Under the pieces are notes generated by a model. The model saw nothing but the letters and a program-made list of their open reading frames with translations. It did not search any database and was not told the DNA's origin. A program made the position numbers and the translations under genes. DNA of 64,000 nt from Candidatus Aadella gelida (GTDB taxonomy: Bacteria; Omnitrophota; Gorgyraeia; Tantalellales; Tantalellaceae), in assembly GCA_030765205.1 (NCBI GenBank), contig JAVCDB010000106.1:906-64905 (forward strand). The letters are read 5' to 3'. Positions 10,151-21,121 of this stretch are shown here, piece after piece. Positions within the stretch are counted from its first letter, which is position 1. Each line of letters starts with the position of its first letter.

Positions 10151-11515
10151 CTACTTATCCTTAAGGCGATTGACTATATCGGGTCCTATTTCCCTTATAT
10201 CACCTGCTCCCAATATAAGTACAATGTCATTCTCTTTGACCATGGACGGAAGAATCCCGGGTATGTCACATTTTTCAGCAACTGTTATCTTGTCGAATTT
10301 GTTACTATCGATCTTTTTTACAATATCCTGCACAGACATTTTATCTGAATTATCTTCGTCTGCCGAATAAATATCCGTAAGTATAAGTGAATCCGCTTCG
10401 TTAAAACTTGTTGAAAATTCTTCTGCAAGATCCCGCGTTCTCGAATATCTATGGGGCTGAAATATAGCTATCACTTTACCCTCCGTGAACCTTTTTGCTG
10501 CACCTATCACGGCCTTTATCTCAGTGGGGTGATGAGCGTAATCTTCCACTACCCTAATACCCTTAATGTTTGCTATCTCCTCGAACCTTCTCTTGACGCC
10601 CTTAAAGGACCTGGCACCTTCAATAATATACTTCATGTCGATCCCTATCTCGATGCTAAGAGCTATAGCTGCCAGGAGGTTCATAGTGTTATATTTGCCC
10701 AAAAGAGGACAAACTATCCTGCCGCGATCCTTACCTTTGATCAGAATATTAAATTCAATGCCTTTGTCAAAAACCTCATTCGTACATGTAACATCACAAT
10801 TCTCGGTCATGCCGAAAGAAATTTTCCTAGAACCTTCGAATGCATTTAATATCTCTTTCGTTCCTCTATCTTCCCCGTTATACACAAGAGTACCCTCAGA
10901 GGATATCTTAGCAATAAAACTTTCATATGTTTTGACAAGATCATTCCATCCCTTATAGTTTTCCATATGTTCACGTTCGACATTAGTTATAACAGCATGA
11001 CGTGACACAATGCTGCGAAAGAATCCGTCACTTTCATCTACTTCTGCGACAAACATTTTTCCTGATCCGGCTTTTGCGTTTCCACCTATTAAATCTATCT
11101 CTCCCCCTAAAGCTATCGTAGGATCCTGCCCTGCTATTTCAGCTATGTGAGCTATAATAGCTGTCGTAGTGGTCTTTCCATGAGTTCCTGTAACAGCGAT
11201 GCTGCATTCAGTTTCGGACATTTTCATACCAAGGAATTCACTTCTTGGTATGATAGGAATAGAATTCTCCCGTGCTTTAATGATTTCAGGATTATCGTTT
11301 CTTATTGAAGATGAGGCTATGACCATATCTATTCCTGGTCTAATATTTTTTACATCATGTACCAAATTAATAACCGCACCTTTTGACAACAATCCTTCTG
11401 TTAGATTATTCGATCTAATATCTGATCCCGATACGGCATCACCCTTAGAAAGACATATATGGGCGAGTGCACTCATTCCGATCCCGGCAATCCCTATAAA
11501 ATGTATATTTTTCAT
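10151..11515 (-). CDS. murC: UDP-N-acetylmuramate--L-alanine ligase
   Basis: MKNIHFIGIAGIGMSALA N-terminus, GTHGKTTTT P-loop, Mur ligase domains. Confidence 0.9.
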   Translation of the reverse strand: MKNIHFIGIAGIGMSALAHICLSKGDAVSGSDIRSNNLTEGLLSKGAVINLVHDVKNIRPGIDMVIASSSIRNDNPEIIKARENSIPIIPRSEFLGMKMSETECSIAVTGTHGKTTTTAIIAHIAEIAGQDPTIALGGEIDLIGGNAKAGSGKMFVAEVDESDGFFRSIVSRHAVITNVEREHMENYKGWNDLVKTYESFIAKISSEGTLVYNGEDRGTKEILNAFEGSRKISFGMTENCDVTCTNEVFDKGIEFNILIKGKDRGRIVCPLLGKYNTMNLLAAIALSIEIGIDMKYIIEGARSFKGVKRRFEEIANIKGIRVVEDYAHHPTEIKAVIGAAKRFTEGKVIAIFQPHRYSRTRDLAEEFSTSFNEADSLILTDIYSADEDNSDKMSVQDIVKKIDSNKFDKITVAEKCDIPGILPSMVKENDIVLILGAGDIREIGPDIVNRLKDK

Positions 11516-11540
11516 TCACTCTCCGTTCTTCTGATAAATT

Positions 11541-12641
11541 CTACCTCTCTCCCAACAAGATAACTGCATCCGCCAGCTTACTTCCGGCCTCAGGCATGGC
11601 AAGTCTCCCTGCGGCCTGACTCATTTCCGATAGCTTGTTCTTATCTTTTAGCAGATCGTTGATCTCCCTATATAGATCGTCTCCACAAAGATCTTTCTCC
11701 TCCCGATATATCGCTGCTCCTTTATCCGAAAAATATATGGCATTCGATCTTTGGTTGTTCTTAATATTGGGATATGGGATCAATATCATCGGCTTCTTGT
11801 AATATGCTATCTCAAAGATTGCGGCTGCTCCGGACCTTGATACTATAAGATCGCTTGCCGCATAAGCCTGATCTATCCTTTCCATAAAAGAAAAAACTGC
11901 AGCCTTTATCTCGTTGTCTGCATAAAAATCCTTAATCTTATTGTGATCCTTTTTTCCGGTTATGTGCAGGAACTGTATTTTGTCCCCCAGGGATCTTTTT
12001 AGAGCCAAGGCAGCCTCCGAAGCTTTAGTATTCAAAAAAGAGGAACCCTGACTACCCCCCATTACAAGTACGGTAGTTCTTCCGGCATCCATACCCAGGT
12101 TTTTCAAAGATTTTTCCTTATCATCCGACAATATATTCAGGCGCAATGGATTTCCTGAATGTATTATACATTTTTCAGAACGTTTAAAATACGTTCCGGT
12201 CTCTTTGAACGTCACAGCCACGACATCGGCTATTCTAGACAAGATCCTATTAGCTCTTCCCGGAAAAAAATTCTGTTCATGGATTAGAACGGGAACTCTG
12301 AACATCTTTCCGATAAAAGATATTGCCCCAGAAGAGTATCCTCCGAATCCGACAATTATTGCAGGTCTTGTCCTTACCAGAATATAAACGGAAGTTATAA
12401 TATCCATCAGGAACTTAAAGACAAAGACCACCATCTTTATAGGACGGAACCGAAGTGGCATGGGATTTATTGACAAAAAATATCCTGGGAATCCGCAACC
12501 TTCCAGCATATTCCTATCTAACCGCCTTCTGCTGGACACAAAGTATATATCCTTAATACCTTTTCGCTTCAATTCGTGCGCTAAAGCGACTGACGGAAAG
12601 ATGTGCCCTCCCGAACCTCCTGCTGCAATAATAACTTTCAT
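11541..12641 (-). CDS. murG: UDP-GlcNAc:undecaprenyl-PP-MurNAc-pentapeptide GlcNAc transferase
   Basis: GT28 MurG motifs (AAGGSGGHIFP, GGSQGS). Confidence 0.9.
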   Translation of the reverse strand: MKVIIAAGGSGGHIFPSVALAHELKRKGIKDIYFVSSRRRLDRNMLEGCGFPGYFLSINPMPLRFRPIKMVVFVFKFLMDIITSVYILVRTRPAIIVGFGGYSSGAISFIGKMFRVPVLIHEQNFFPGRANRILSRIADVVAVTFKETGTYFKRSEKCIIHSGNPLRLNILSDDKEKSLKNLGMDAGRTTVLVMGGSQGSSFLNTKASEAALALKRSLGDKIQFLHITGKKDHNKIKDFYADNEIKAAVFSFMERIDQAYAASDLIVSRSGAAAIFEIAYYKKPMILIPYPNIKNNQRSNAIYFSDKGAAIYREEKDLCGDDLYREINDLLKDKNKLSEMSQAAGRLAMPEAGSKLADAVILLGER

Positions 12642-12655
12642 AATGTACTATGCCT

Positions 12656-13747
12656 TTATTTATACTCCGCTCTTCTTGCAGCATTCAGGACCAATCCTAT
12701 CGCCGCAAGATGACAAACAAGGGAACTGCCTCCATAACTTATGAACGGCAAAGGGAGTCCTTTTGTCGGCAAGACTCCGGTTGAAACCCCGACATTGACT
12801 ATGACCTCAAAAGCTAACATAGTAGCTACACCAAAAACTGCCAAGGATGAGAATCTTTCCTTTATTTTTAAAGAAATTCTAAAAGAGTACCATATAAGCG
12901 CGCTAAATAGTATTAATGTCGATGCAGCTCCCAAGAATCCGAGTTCTTCACCAATTATAGAAAAAATGAAATCTGTGTGGGACTCCGGGAGATAAAAAAG
13001 CTTTTGGCGTGATTCTCCGAGACCCACTCCTAGAATTCCTCCCGACCCAAGAGCGATAAATGATTGTATTAACTGAAACCCGGCACCTTGAGCATCCGCC
13101 CAGGGATTTATGACCGTAAATATTCTCTTGACCCTATATGGTTTACTTTTAACAGCCAGGACGAGTGCCGGTATCATGCAGAGCCCCACCGAAAATAAAT
13201 GTTTTAATTTAACCCCTGACGAAAAAAGCATCACCGTTCCTATAAAAAGGATAGCAACAAAGGTACCCATATCAGGTTCCAAAAGTACCAATCCTCCCAT
13301 TAATCCTATAACAAAAAATGACGGTATAAACCCGCGTTTAAGATCCTTTATCATCTTCCCTTTACGTACTATAAGATCAGACATATAAAGAATAAGAATG
13401 ATCTTGGCCGCTTCCGAAGGCTGAAATCCAAACCCAAAGATCTTGATCCATCTACGTGCACCGCCAGCAACCGCCCCTATCCCGGGCACCAGAACGAGGA
13501 TAAGTAATATGATCATACCGATCATAACGGGCCTTATAACTTCCCTGATCCGTTCGATCTTAACCGACATACATGCGAGAGCAACGATCAATCCGACAAA
13601 AAGGAACAAAAGATGCCTTTTGACAAAAAAAAGGCTGTCTTCATATGATCCGTGCGCATAAATGGCACTTGAAGAATATATCATCACCACTCCCAGCATT
13701 AAAAGAAGTGATGTGGATAAAAGTATTATTTTCGAATCTCTAGTCAT
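12656..13747 (-). CDS. ftsW: Peptidoglycan glycosyltransferase FtsW (SEDS family)
   Basis: Multi-TM SEDS protein with the conserved PESHTDFIFS motif. Confidence 0.85.
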   Translation of the reverse strand: MTRDSKIILLSTSLLLMLGVVMIYSSSAIYAHGSYEDSLFFVKRHLLFLFVGLIVALACMSVKIERIREVIRPVMIGMIILLILVLVPGIGAVAGGARRWIKIFGFGFQPSEAAKIILILYMSDLIVRKGKMIKDLKRGFIPSFFVIGLMGGLVLLEPDMGTFVAILFIGTVMLFSSGVKLKHLFSVGLCMIPALVLAVKSKPYRVKRIFTVINPWADAQGAGFQLIQSFIALGSGGILGVGLGESRQKLFYLPESHTDFIFSIIGEELGFLGAASTLILFSALIWYSFRISLKIKERFSSLAVFGVATMLAFEVIVNVGVSTGVLPTKGLPLPFISYGGSSLVCHLAAIGLVLNAARRAEYK

Positions 13748-13772
13748 ATTTGAATTTACTATACCCCTTTCT

Positions 13773-15131
13773 TCACGATTTAGGGGCCCTTTTCATTACC
13801 TCGCTCTGAAAAACCTCTCCTCTTTCCTTGTACCCCGAAAACATATCAAAACTTGAACACATAGGCGACAGCATCACAATATCACCGGGTTCGGCGTATT
13901 TGATCGCTTTTTCCACGGCGTCCCCCATATCTTCAGCATCTACAACCTTTGTCTCCCCTTCAAACGCTTCGACGATCCTAGTCTTGGCCTCTCCAATAAC
14001 TATTATTGTTTTCACTTTCTGTTTCACTAGAGGTACTAGAGAACCGTAATCCCCGCCTTTATCTCTTCCGCCGGCTATTAGAACCGCCTTTTTATCGACG
14101 GTTTTCAGAGCAACTCTGGTAGCGTCAATATTAGTAGCTTTAGAATCATCTATAAAAACTATACCGTTGATGATGCCTATCCGCTCGGTACGATGCCGCA
14201 AAGGAACAAATATTTTAACGGCTTCTTTAACTTTATCCGTATTTATCCCAAGTATGCCGGCCACTATGATGCTACAGGCAATATTCTCAAAATTGTGATC
14301 CCCTGAAACGGGAAGGATCTCGTCATGTCTGAAAACCGGCAGCTTTCTTTCGAGCTTCGAATTTGTATCCTCATTTTTTTTGGCAGTAACGTGTTCATCC
14401 ATCTCTTTATCAAAAAAAACAACACGGCTTCTGACGTCTTTAATTTCAGGAGAATCTCTCAAACATTCATTTATCACTGCCCAGTCTGTTTCGGTCTGAT
14501 TTTCAAATATTCGATATTTTTCCGATTTGTATCCGTCATAGGACCCATGTCTATCATAATGATCTTCTGCTATATTAAGAAGAACAGCGATATAAGGTTT
14601 GAATCTTTGAATTGTCTCTAACTGAAAAGAGCTTACTTCGACAACAGCTATACTATTTTTTGATAGACCATCCACTTCTCCTATCAAAGGATTCCCTATA
14701 TTCCCGCAGACCTTCACGTCCATCCCTGCCTCAGAAAGAATATGACCAATAAGATCAGTAACTGTACTTTTACCGTTAGTTCCCGTGATAGCTATAATAG
14801 GCGCCTCGCAATACCGTGCCCCCAGCTCTAGGGTCCCGATCACTGGAACATCTTTAGGTAATACACCCGATGAATGGCTCTTCTTGATATCAATACCCGG
14901 GCTGACAACTACTATGTCAGCTCCCGAACAGAACTCTTCAGTGTGCCCTCCCCATTCAAAATCGCACTCACCTGATTGTTTAAATTTATCTACATCACTT
15001 TTTTTGAGAGTACCATCCCCGCTATCCGATACCTTTACCTTTATTCCTCTTTTTAAAAGAAAAGAAGCGGCCGCAAGACCGCTTACTCCCATCCCTAATA
15101 TCAGTACTGTCTTATCCTTGAGTTCTGTCAT
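13773..15131 (-). CDS. murD: UDP-N-acetylmuramoylalanine--D-glutamate ligase
   Basis: Mur ligase with GTNGKST P-loop; 452 aa. Confidence 0.9.
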   Translation of the reverse strand: MTELKDKTVLILGMGVSGLAAASFLLKRGIKVKVSDSGDGTLKKSDVDKFKQSGECDFEWGGHTEEFCSGADIVVVSPGIDIKKSHSSGVLPKDVPVIGTLELGARYCEAPIIAITGTNGKSTVTDLIGHILSEAGMDVKVCGNIGNPLIGEVDGLSKNSIAVVEVSSFQLETIQRFKPYIAVLLNIAEDHYDRHGSYDGYKSEKYRIFENQTETDWAVINECLRDSPEIKDVRSRVVFFDKEMDEHVTAKKNEDTNSKLERKLPVFRHDEILPVSGDHNFENIACSIIVAGILGINTDKVKEAVKIFVPLRHRTERIGIINGIVFIDDSKATNIDATRVALKTVDKKAVLIAGGRDKGGDYGSLVPLVKQKVKTIIVIGEAKTRIVEAFEGETKVVDAEDMGDAVEKAIKYAEPGDIVMLSPMCSSFDMFSGYKERGEVFQSEVMKRAPKS

Positions 15132-15145
15132 GGTTTATTTGATTA

Positions 15146-16234
15146 CTAACGTACTTTAAGTGTCGCTATACTAACCAGAGCTAAAATAGCCGCTATTATC
15201 CAAAATCTCACGGTTATTTTGGACTCATGTAATCCCTTAATCTGAAAATGATGATGTATAGGTGACATCAAAAAAAGTCTTTTCTTGAATGTCTTAAAGT
15301 AAAATACCTGTAATATGACCGAAAGCGCTTCCGCAACCAAAACTCCCCCAGTTATGATAAGAAGCATTTCCTTCTTTATAAGCATGCTTACTATGGCTAT
15401 GGCTCCTCCCATGGCAAGTGATCCCGTATCCCCCATAAACACACTGGCAGGATGACTGTTGAACCATAGGAATCCTAAACTAGCGCCTGCAAGTGCCGCA
15501 CAAAACACTGCAAGTTCACCCGCTCCCGGAAGATAGAATATCTGGAGATACCGACTCATCTCAACATGTCCGGTAAGATAACTTATAGCGGCATAGGTAA
15601 GAGTAACGAATACCATGCATCCTGTAGCCAAGCCGTCAAGTCCGTCTGTTAGGTTTACAGCGTTAGATGCGCCTGCTATAACGATAAAAGAAAATAATAT
15701 GTAGAATACACCCAGATTACATACTGCATTCTTTACAAAAGGGAGATAAAGATCCCCTCCTATATTCCCGTTCTTCAGAACAAAAAGCCCAACTATGACA
15801 GCCAGACACATCTGCCCCAAAAGTTTACTCAAAGCTCTAATACCTTTTGCGCTTTTGTTCTTCAATTTTAATACATCGTCCATAAATCCTATCCCACCCA
15901 GCCAGACTGTCCCCGCCAAACAGAGAAGCACATAATCATTATTCAGCTTAGACCAAAAAAGCGTCGACAAAACAACGGCTACCAATATTAACACCCCACC
16001 CATGGTGGGGGTTCCCTCTTTATGCTTATGAAGGTCATATAATCCCTCTACATGTTCCTTTCGAACATATTGTCCGGCATTGAACCTTTTTAAGATGTTA
16101 ATCAGAACAGGTCCGAAAATTATACAGACAAGAAACGATGTAACAGCGGCCATGCTGGCACGGAACGTAATATACTTAAAAACATTAAAACCAAACCATA
16201 TATCCCTCAAGGGGTAGAGTATGTGGTAAAGCAT
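15146..16234 (-). CDS. mraY: Phospho-N-acetylmuramoyl-pentapeptide transferase
   Basis: MraY N-terminus (MLYHILYPL...FNVFKYITFRA). Start moved to the internal ATG; the longer track ORF overlaps murF. Confidence 0.88.
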   Translation of the reverse strand: MLYHILYPLRDIWFGFNVFKYITFRASMAAVTSFLVCIIFGPVLINILKRFNAGQYVRKEHVEGLYDLHKHKEGTPTMGGVLILVAVVLSTLFWSKLNNDYVLLCLAGTVWLGGIGFMDDVLKLKNKSAKGIRALSKLLGQMCLAVIVGLFVLKNGNIGGDLYLPFVKNAVCNLGVFYILFSFIVIAGASNAVNLTDGLDGLATGCMVFVTLTYAAISYLTGHVEMSRYLQIFYLPGAGELAVFCAALAGASLGFLWFNSHPASVFMGDTGSLAMGGAIAIVSMLIKKEMLLIITGGVLVAEALSVILQVFYFKTFKKRLFLMSPIHHHFQIKGLHESKITVRFWIIAAILALVSIATLKVR

Positions 16235-17583
16235 TTGATGATCTCCTCCAATTTTGCGGCACGTGACGCTTTTAGTAATATCAGGGACTCTTTGACCGTC
16301 CTCTTCCGGATAATCTCTGAGGCATGTTCGCACCCGTCGGCCCGTATAACATTATCCGAAGACATGCCTTCTTCCAAGGCCCCTTCTATAGTTGAGTTAG
16401 CCCAGGAACCCAAAACTATTAATTTATTGATCTTTCTTCTAGCTACACTTTTCCCTATTGCGCGATGCAAGCTCTCGCTTTCTGCCCCCAATTCCAACAT
16501 GTCCCCTGCAATGACTACGCGTTCTCCCGAGCATTCGGAATTCTCTAAAACATTCAAGGCACACTCAAAAGATTCGGGATTCGAGTTATAGGCATCATTT
16601 ATAAAATATCTTTCACAAGTTTTGATCCGTTCAAGGCGCATAGGCGGCATGGAAACATTTTTGACCCGTTCCCTTATCTTCTCATCACCAACACCCAGAG
16701 ATTGAGCCACAGCTATCGCTACAGTCACATTATACACGTTATGTATCCCTTTTTGTGGAAAAATATATTCGTTCTCGTTCACATAAAAAACATAACCTTC
16801 ATTCACACCCTCTATATCTTTTATGATAAAATCACAATTCTTGGATGATCCGTAATAATTAACATCCCCTCTATCAGACTGGATCCCCTGCAAAAAAGGA
16901 TCATCTCCGTTAAGAAAAATGCCTCCGCCTCTTTTTAGAAACTTAAGTAGTTCTATCTTCTCTTTGAATACCCCTTCTTTATTGCCAAAAAACTCAATAT
17001 GAGACTGCCCTATGTTCGTTATAATAACCACATCCGGTCTAACTATATCACCTAAAATGGACATCTCTCCGGGATGATTTGTTCCAAGTTCAAGAATAAC
17101 AATTTCATGATCATTCCGTACATCAAATAGGGTCAACCCCACACCAATAACATTGTTGAAGGATCTGCGGCTGGAGACAAGCTTATATTTGGACGACAAA
17201 ACATGTGCCAAAAGGTCCTTTACCGTGGTTTTACCGTTGGAACCGGTTATTGCTATCACGGTAGCTTTTATTCTTTTCCTTATCTCCCGGGATATATCTG
17301 CGAGGGTTCTTATAACATCTTCAACAAGAATAACATGCTTATCACCATTTAAAGCTGTAACGGACTTTTCGTCCGATACGATAAACCCTCCAGCCCCCTT
17401 CTTTGCAGCTTCATCTATAAACTTATGTCCGTCGTGATTTTTACCTTGTATAGCTAAAAAGAATTCCCCTTTATTGATCGTCCGAGAATCCGTTGAAAAA
17501 CCGCAGATCATCCCATCGGGGATATCCGTCACAAGTTTTCCTTTTATAATGTCGGTTATTTCCTTGATTCCAAGTTCAATCAT
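16207..17583 (-). CDS. murF: UDP-MurNAc-tripeptide--D-Ala-D-Ala ligase
   Basis: Mur ligase family with GSNGKTT P-loop; dcw position. Confidence 0.88.
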   Translation of the reverse strand: MIELGIKEITDIIKGKLVTDIPDGMICGFSTDSRTINKGEFFLAIQGKNHDGHKFIDEAAKKGAGGFIVSDEKSVTALNGDKHVILVEDVIRTLADISREIRKRIKATVIAITGSNGKTTVKDLLAHVLSSKYKLVSSRRSFNNVIGVGLTLFDVRNDHEIVILELGTNHPGEMSILGDIVRPDVVIITNIGQSHIEFFGNKEGVFKEKIELLKFLKRGGGIFLNGDDPFLQGIQSDRGDVNYYGSSKNCDFIIKDIEGVNEGYVFYVNENEYIFPQKGIHNVYNVTVAIAVAQSLGVGDEKIRERVKNVSMPPMRLERIKTCERYFINDAYNSNPESFECALNVLENSECSGERVVIAGDMLELGAESESLHRAIGKSVARRKINKLIVLGSWANSTIEGALEEGMSSDNVIRADGCEHASEIIRKRTVKESLILLKASRAAKLEEIIKCFTTYSTP

Positions 17584-17598
17584 ATTGTCTGATACATA

Positions 17599-19065
17599 TT
17601 ATCCGGATATACCCGGATAATATCCCATTTCCTTTAAAATTTCTTTTGATATCACTGTATCATCAAAATAATAACGTTCATTCCCTATTATCTGATAATC
17701 CTCATGTCCCTTACCTGCAATAACGACTATATCACCGTCCGTTGCGCTTTTAAAAGCTTCCCTTATAGCCTCTCCGCGGTCCTCGATCGCTATTTCATCT
17801 TTCCCGCCTTTCATGCCTTCCCTTATCTGCTTTATTATATCTGAAGAACTTTCAGTTCTGGAATTGTCCGACGTTACAACTGTCTTGTCTGCCAAGGTCG
17901 AGACTATCTTCCCCATTATCGGCCGTTTACTTTTATCTCTATCCCCTCCGCATCCGAATACGCATATCAGCCTCTTTTCGGATAGTCCTCTCAAACATTC
18001 CAATAGACCCACAATAGCAACAGGCGTGTGAGCATAATCCACAAAAACCCTGAAAGGAGCGTCACTTAACACTTCTTGGAGTCTTCCTGGAACGCCCCTA
18101 AACTCTTCCGCTCCTTTTTTTGCGATCTCTAGATCCAATCCGGCACATATCATACAACTTGCCGCTGCCATAATGTTATAAACATTATGTACCCCCATTA
18201 CTCTTGAAAAAATCTCGGTACTGCCACATTTTTTTGAAGAAAGGATGAATCTCATACGGTCATTCACATAACCTATCTTTTCTGCCTTTATATCAGGAGT
18301 GCCTTTCAATCCGAAAGTTTTAAACTTTAAACCGTTTTTTTTACTTAATATGATCTCCGATGCGGGATCGTCAGTATTAAGCACGCCTATCCCGTCATCT
18401 TTCAGTGCATTAAATATTTTCATCTTATCATTCAGATAAGATCCCATATCCTTATGATAATCCAGATGTTCGGGTGTAATATTGGTAAAAACAGCCTGAT
18501 CAAGTCCTATTCCCGCCATCCTGTTCTGGCTCAAGGCATGAGACGAGATCTCAATAACTGCCGCCTTTCCCTTTAACTCCACCATCTTGGCTAAAAGTCT
18601 GTTAATCGAAACTACATCAGGAGTGGTCATTACGGCATCTTCAAGGTCCCCGTTTATGCCTTTAAGAGCAACTGTGCTGATAAACCCTGAACTGATACCG
18701 GCCGCGCTGAACATGCTGTCAATTAGATATACAGTTGTTGTCTTCCCGTTAGTACCGGTAACTCCGCAGGTTAAAAGTTTTTTGGAAGGATCGCAGAACG
18801 CGGTCTTGGTCATCTCTGCCAATGACAGGCGGCTGTCCTTGACACAAATTATCTTTTTCTTTTCTTCGTCTGTGGCGTTATATGAAGCATCTTCGCACAC
18901 AACGAATTCAGCCCCTCTTCTCAATGCCTCTCCCGTATATATATGACCATCCTCATTGTACCCTTTTATTGCGACAAAAATGTCTCCGGGTAGAACAGAC
19001 CGAGAATCTGTCTTTATTTTTTCGGGGCTCTTTGTAACTTTTTGAATTATTGTGTTTAGGTTCAT
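17599..19065 (-). CDS. murE: UDP-MurNAc-L-Ala-D-Glu--2,6-diaminopimelate ligase
   Basis: Mur ligase with GTNGKTTT P-loop; 488 aa. Confidence 0.88.
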   Translation of the reverse strand: MNLNTIIQKVTKSPEKIKTDSRSVLPGDIFVAIKGYNEDGHIYTGEALRRGAEFVVCEDASYNATDEEKKKIICVKDSRLSLAEMTKTAFCDPSKKLLTCGVTGTNGKTTTVYLIDSMFSAAGISSGFISTVALKGINGDLEDAVMTTPDVVSINRLLAKMVELKGKAAVIEISSHALSQNRMAGIGLDQAVFTNITPEHLDYHKDMGSYLNDKMKIFNALKDDGIGVLNTDDPASEIILSKKNGLKFKTFGLKGTPDIKAEKIGYVNDRMRFILSSKKCGSTEIFSRVMGVHNVYNIMAAASCMICAGLDLEIAKKGAEEFRGVPGRLQEVLSDAPFRVFVDYAHTPVAIVGLLECLRGLSEKRLICVFGCGGDRDKSKRPIMGKIVSTLADKTVVTSDNSRTESSSDIIKQIREGMKGGKDEIAIEDRGEAIREAFKSATDGDIVVIAGKGHEDYQIIGNERYYFDDTVISKEILKEMGYYPGISG

Positions 19066-19066
19066 A

Positions 19067-20731
19067 TTAATTATTAGAGTCTAAATACTGCAAAGTCCTT
19101 TCGACTATGTTCTTGAATGCTGGAGCTGCAACAGTGCCTCCGTAATAAGCCGGATGAGGATTACTGGCAGTTACAACTACACTTATAGCAGGCTTTTCTG
19201 CCGGAGCAAATCCAATAAAAGTCGCATTGAATTTACGATCAAAATATCCGCCTTCAGGATTTACCATTTGAGCTGTTCCTGTCTTACCGCATATTTCGCA
19301 ATTCTTAGATCGCGCCCGTTTACCCGAACCGTGCGTAACCACCCTCCTTAAGACATCTTTCATTTTATCACAAGTTTCTTTTTTTAGAACCTTACGTTTA
19401 ACATTTGGTCTAAATTCTTTATCAACGTCTCCTTCCCACGTAATGATCCTATCAACAACATACGGTGTCATAAGATATCCCCCGTTCGCTATAACACTCA
19501 CAGCGGAAACAAGCTGTATAGGTGTTACAGCTATCCCTTGACCTATCGGGATAGTGGTCATGTCACTCCTCGCCCATTTTGAAGGCACCCTGCTTATACC
19601 CGCGCTCTCACCCGGAAGACCTATCCCAGTTTTTTCTCCGAACCCGAACCTGCGGATATAATCATAAAACTTTTTCTTGCCAATTTTCTGAACCGCTTTA
19701 ACTGTCCCTATATTGCTTGACTTTGCTATAACATCACGAAATTCCAGAGTACCATAACCGTGTGAATCATGTAATACTCTACCTGCTATCTTATATTTAC
19801 CTTTCTCACAATATATTTTATCATCTAATGCAACTGCATTCTCGTTTATAACAGCACTCGCTGAAACTATCTTAAACACACTTCCGGGTTCATACATCTC
19901 AGAAATAGAGATATTCTTAATATCTTCCTTCCGGGCCTCATTAAAAACTTTCAAGTCATAATCGGGATAGTTAGCTATCGCCAATATCTTGCCCGATGAG
20001 GGATCCATTACAATCGCAGAGGCCTTATCAGGGTTGTATTTCTTCACCATCGCGAGAAGTTCTTCTTCAACTATGTACTGAATAACACTATCAATAGTTA
20101 AAATGATGTTTGAACCATTCTTTGGAGGTACATACCCTCTTTCATCCAGAAAAACCGTTCTTTGCTTAGCATCCCTAACAAAACTTCTTCGCCCGGCTTC
20201 GCCTTTAAGATAGGGATCCAGCTGAAGCTCGAGTCCTTCAAGGCCGTTATTGTCTATCCCCGCAAACCCAATTATATGTGAAGCAAGTTTGCCGTTGGGA
20301 TAGTTTCGTTTGCTTTCCTCAACAATATATATTCCCTTGAGCCGGGCATCCCTAACCTCATCCGCCTGTTTCTCATCTATCTTGCGTTTTATCCACACAA
20401 ACGCCTTGTCCCGGGAGAGCCGGTCTTTAAGAAGGTCTTTATCTATATCAAGGATATTGAATAGCTTCTCAGTCACTCCTTCAACATCCTTAATCTCTCT
20501 GGGATTAGAATAGATACTGGGGACATCAAGATTTATAGCCAGAGGGTCCATATGACTGTCAAATATGGACCCTCTTCTGGGTTCGATCTTTTGAGCGGAA
20601 GAATGCTGTTCTTCCGCCATCTTAATGAAGCGTTCACTCACGAGTATTTGAAGGTAAAATAATCTTATAAAAAGAAAAAAGAGCAGGGACATTGCCCCAA
20701 GGACAATAAAATATCGGCGGGTTTTATACAT
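19067..20731 (-). CDS. ftsI: Penicillin-binding protein (PBP3-type transpeptidase)
   Basis: N-terminal TM, PBP dimerisation domain, transpeptidase motifs (SxxK in SVFK, KTGTA). Confidence 0.88.
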   Translation of the reverse strand: MYKTRRYFIVLGAMSLLFFLFIRLFYLQILVSERFIKMAEEQHSSAQKIEPRRGSIFDSHMDPLAINLDVPSIYSNPREIKDVEGVTEKLFNILDIDKDLLKDRLSRDKAFVWIKRKIDEKQADEVRDARLKGIYIVEESKRNYPNGKLASHIIGFAGIDNNGLEGLELQLDPYLKGEAGRRSFVRDAKQRTVFLDERGYVPPKNGSNIILTIDSVIQYIVEEELLAMVKKYNPDKASAIVMDPSSGKILAIANYPDYDLKVFNEARKEDIKNISISEMYEPGSVFKIVSASAVINENAVALDDKIYCEKGKYKIAGRVLHDSHGYGTLEFRDVIAKSSNIGTVKAVQKIGKKKFYDYIRRFGFGEKTGIGLPGESAGISRVPSKWARSDMTTIPIGQGIAVTPIQLVSAVSVIANGGYLMTPYVVDRIITWEGDVDKEFRPNVKRKVLKKETCDKMKDVLRRVVTHGSGKRARSKNCEICGKTGTAQMVNPEGGYFDRKFNATFIGFAPAEKPAISVVVTASNPHPAYYGGTVAAPAFKNIVERTLQYLDSNN

Positions 20732-20761
20732 ACCAAAAATACCTTATTAGGGTTAGCGATA

Positions 20762-21121
20762 CTAGCGGGTTTCAGCTACGGCATCTGACGTGAAAACATC
20801 AAAAACCTTATCGAAGACATTCTCACTCGAAGCGTGACCATTCATATCGGCTAGTGCAAGCTTATAATTATCCGTCTGAATACTCCTATGCTTAGCAAAC
20901 ACTATTTCTTCCCCATTAAGGGAAGTAAGCAAGTATCGTGGAGATTCGAATTTGGATAGATTATACATTAACTTGGAGTTGCGGTCAATCAGGTGGGATA
21001 TATGTTTTATGTTTTCCTGCAGCATGTATGCGGACTTCAGTGTCTCAACTCTTTGATGGACATAGCATGACGCAAGAGATGTAATCATAAGGCTTATTAT
21101 TATGGTTTTACGTATTCTCAT
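20762..21121 (-). CDS. ftsL: Small bitopic membrane protein in the FtsL position
   Basis: 119 aa with an N-terminal TM segment; sits between rsmH and ftsI. Called by position only. Confidence 0.45.
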   Translation of the reverse strand: MRIRKTIIISLMITSLASCYVHQRVETLKSAYMLQENIKHISHLIDRNSKLMYNLSKFESPRYLLTSLNGEEIVFAKHRSIQTDNYKLALADMNGHASSENVFDKVFDVFTSDAVAETR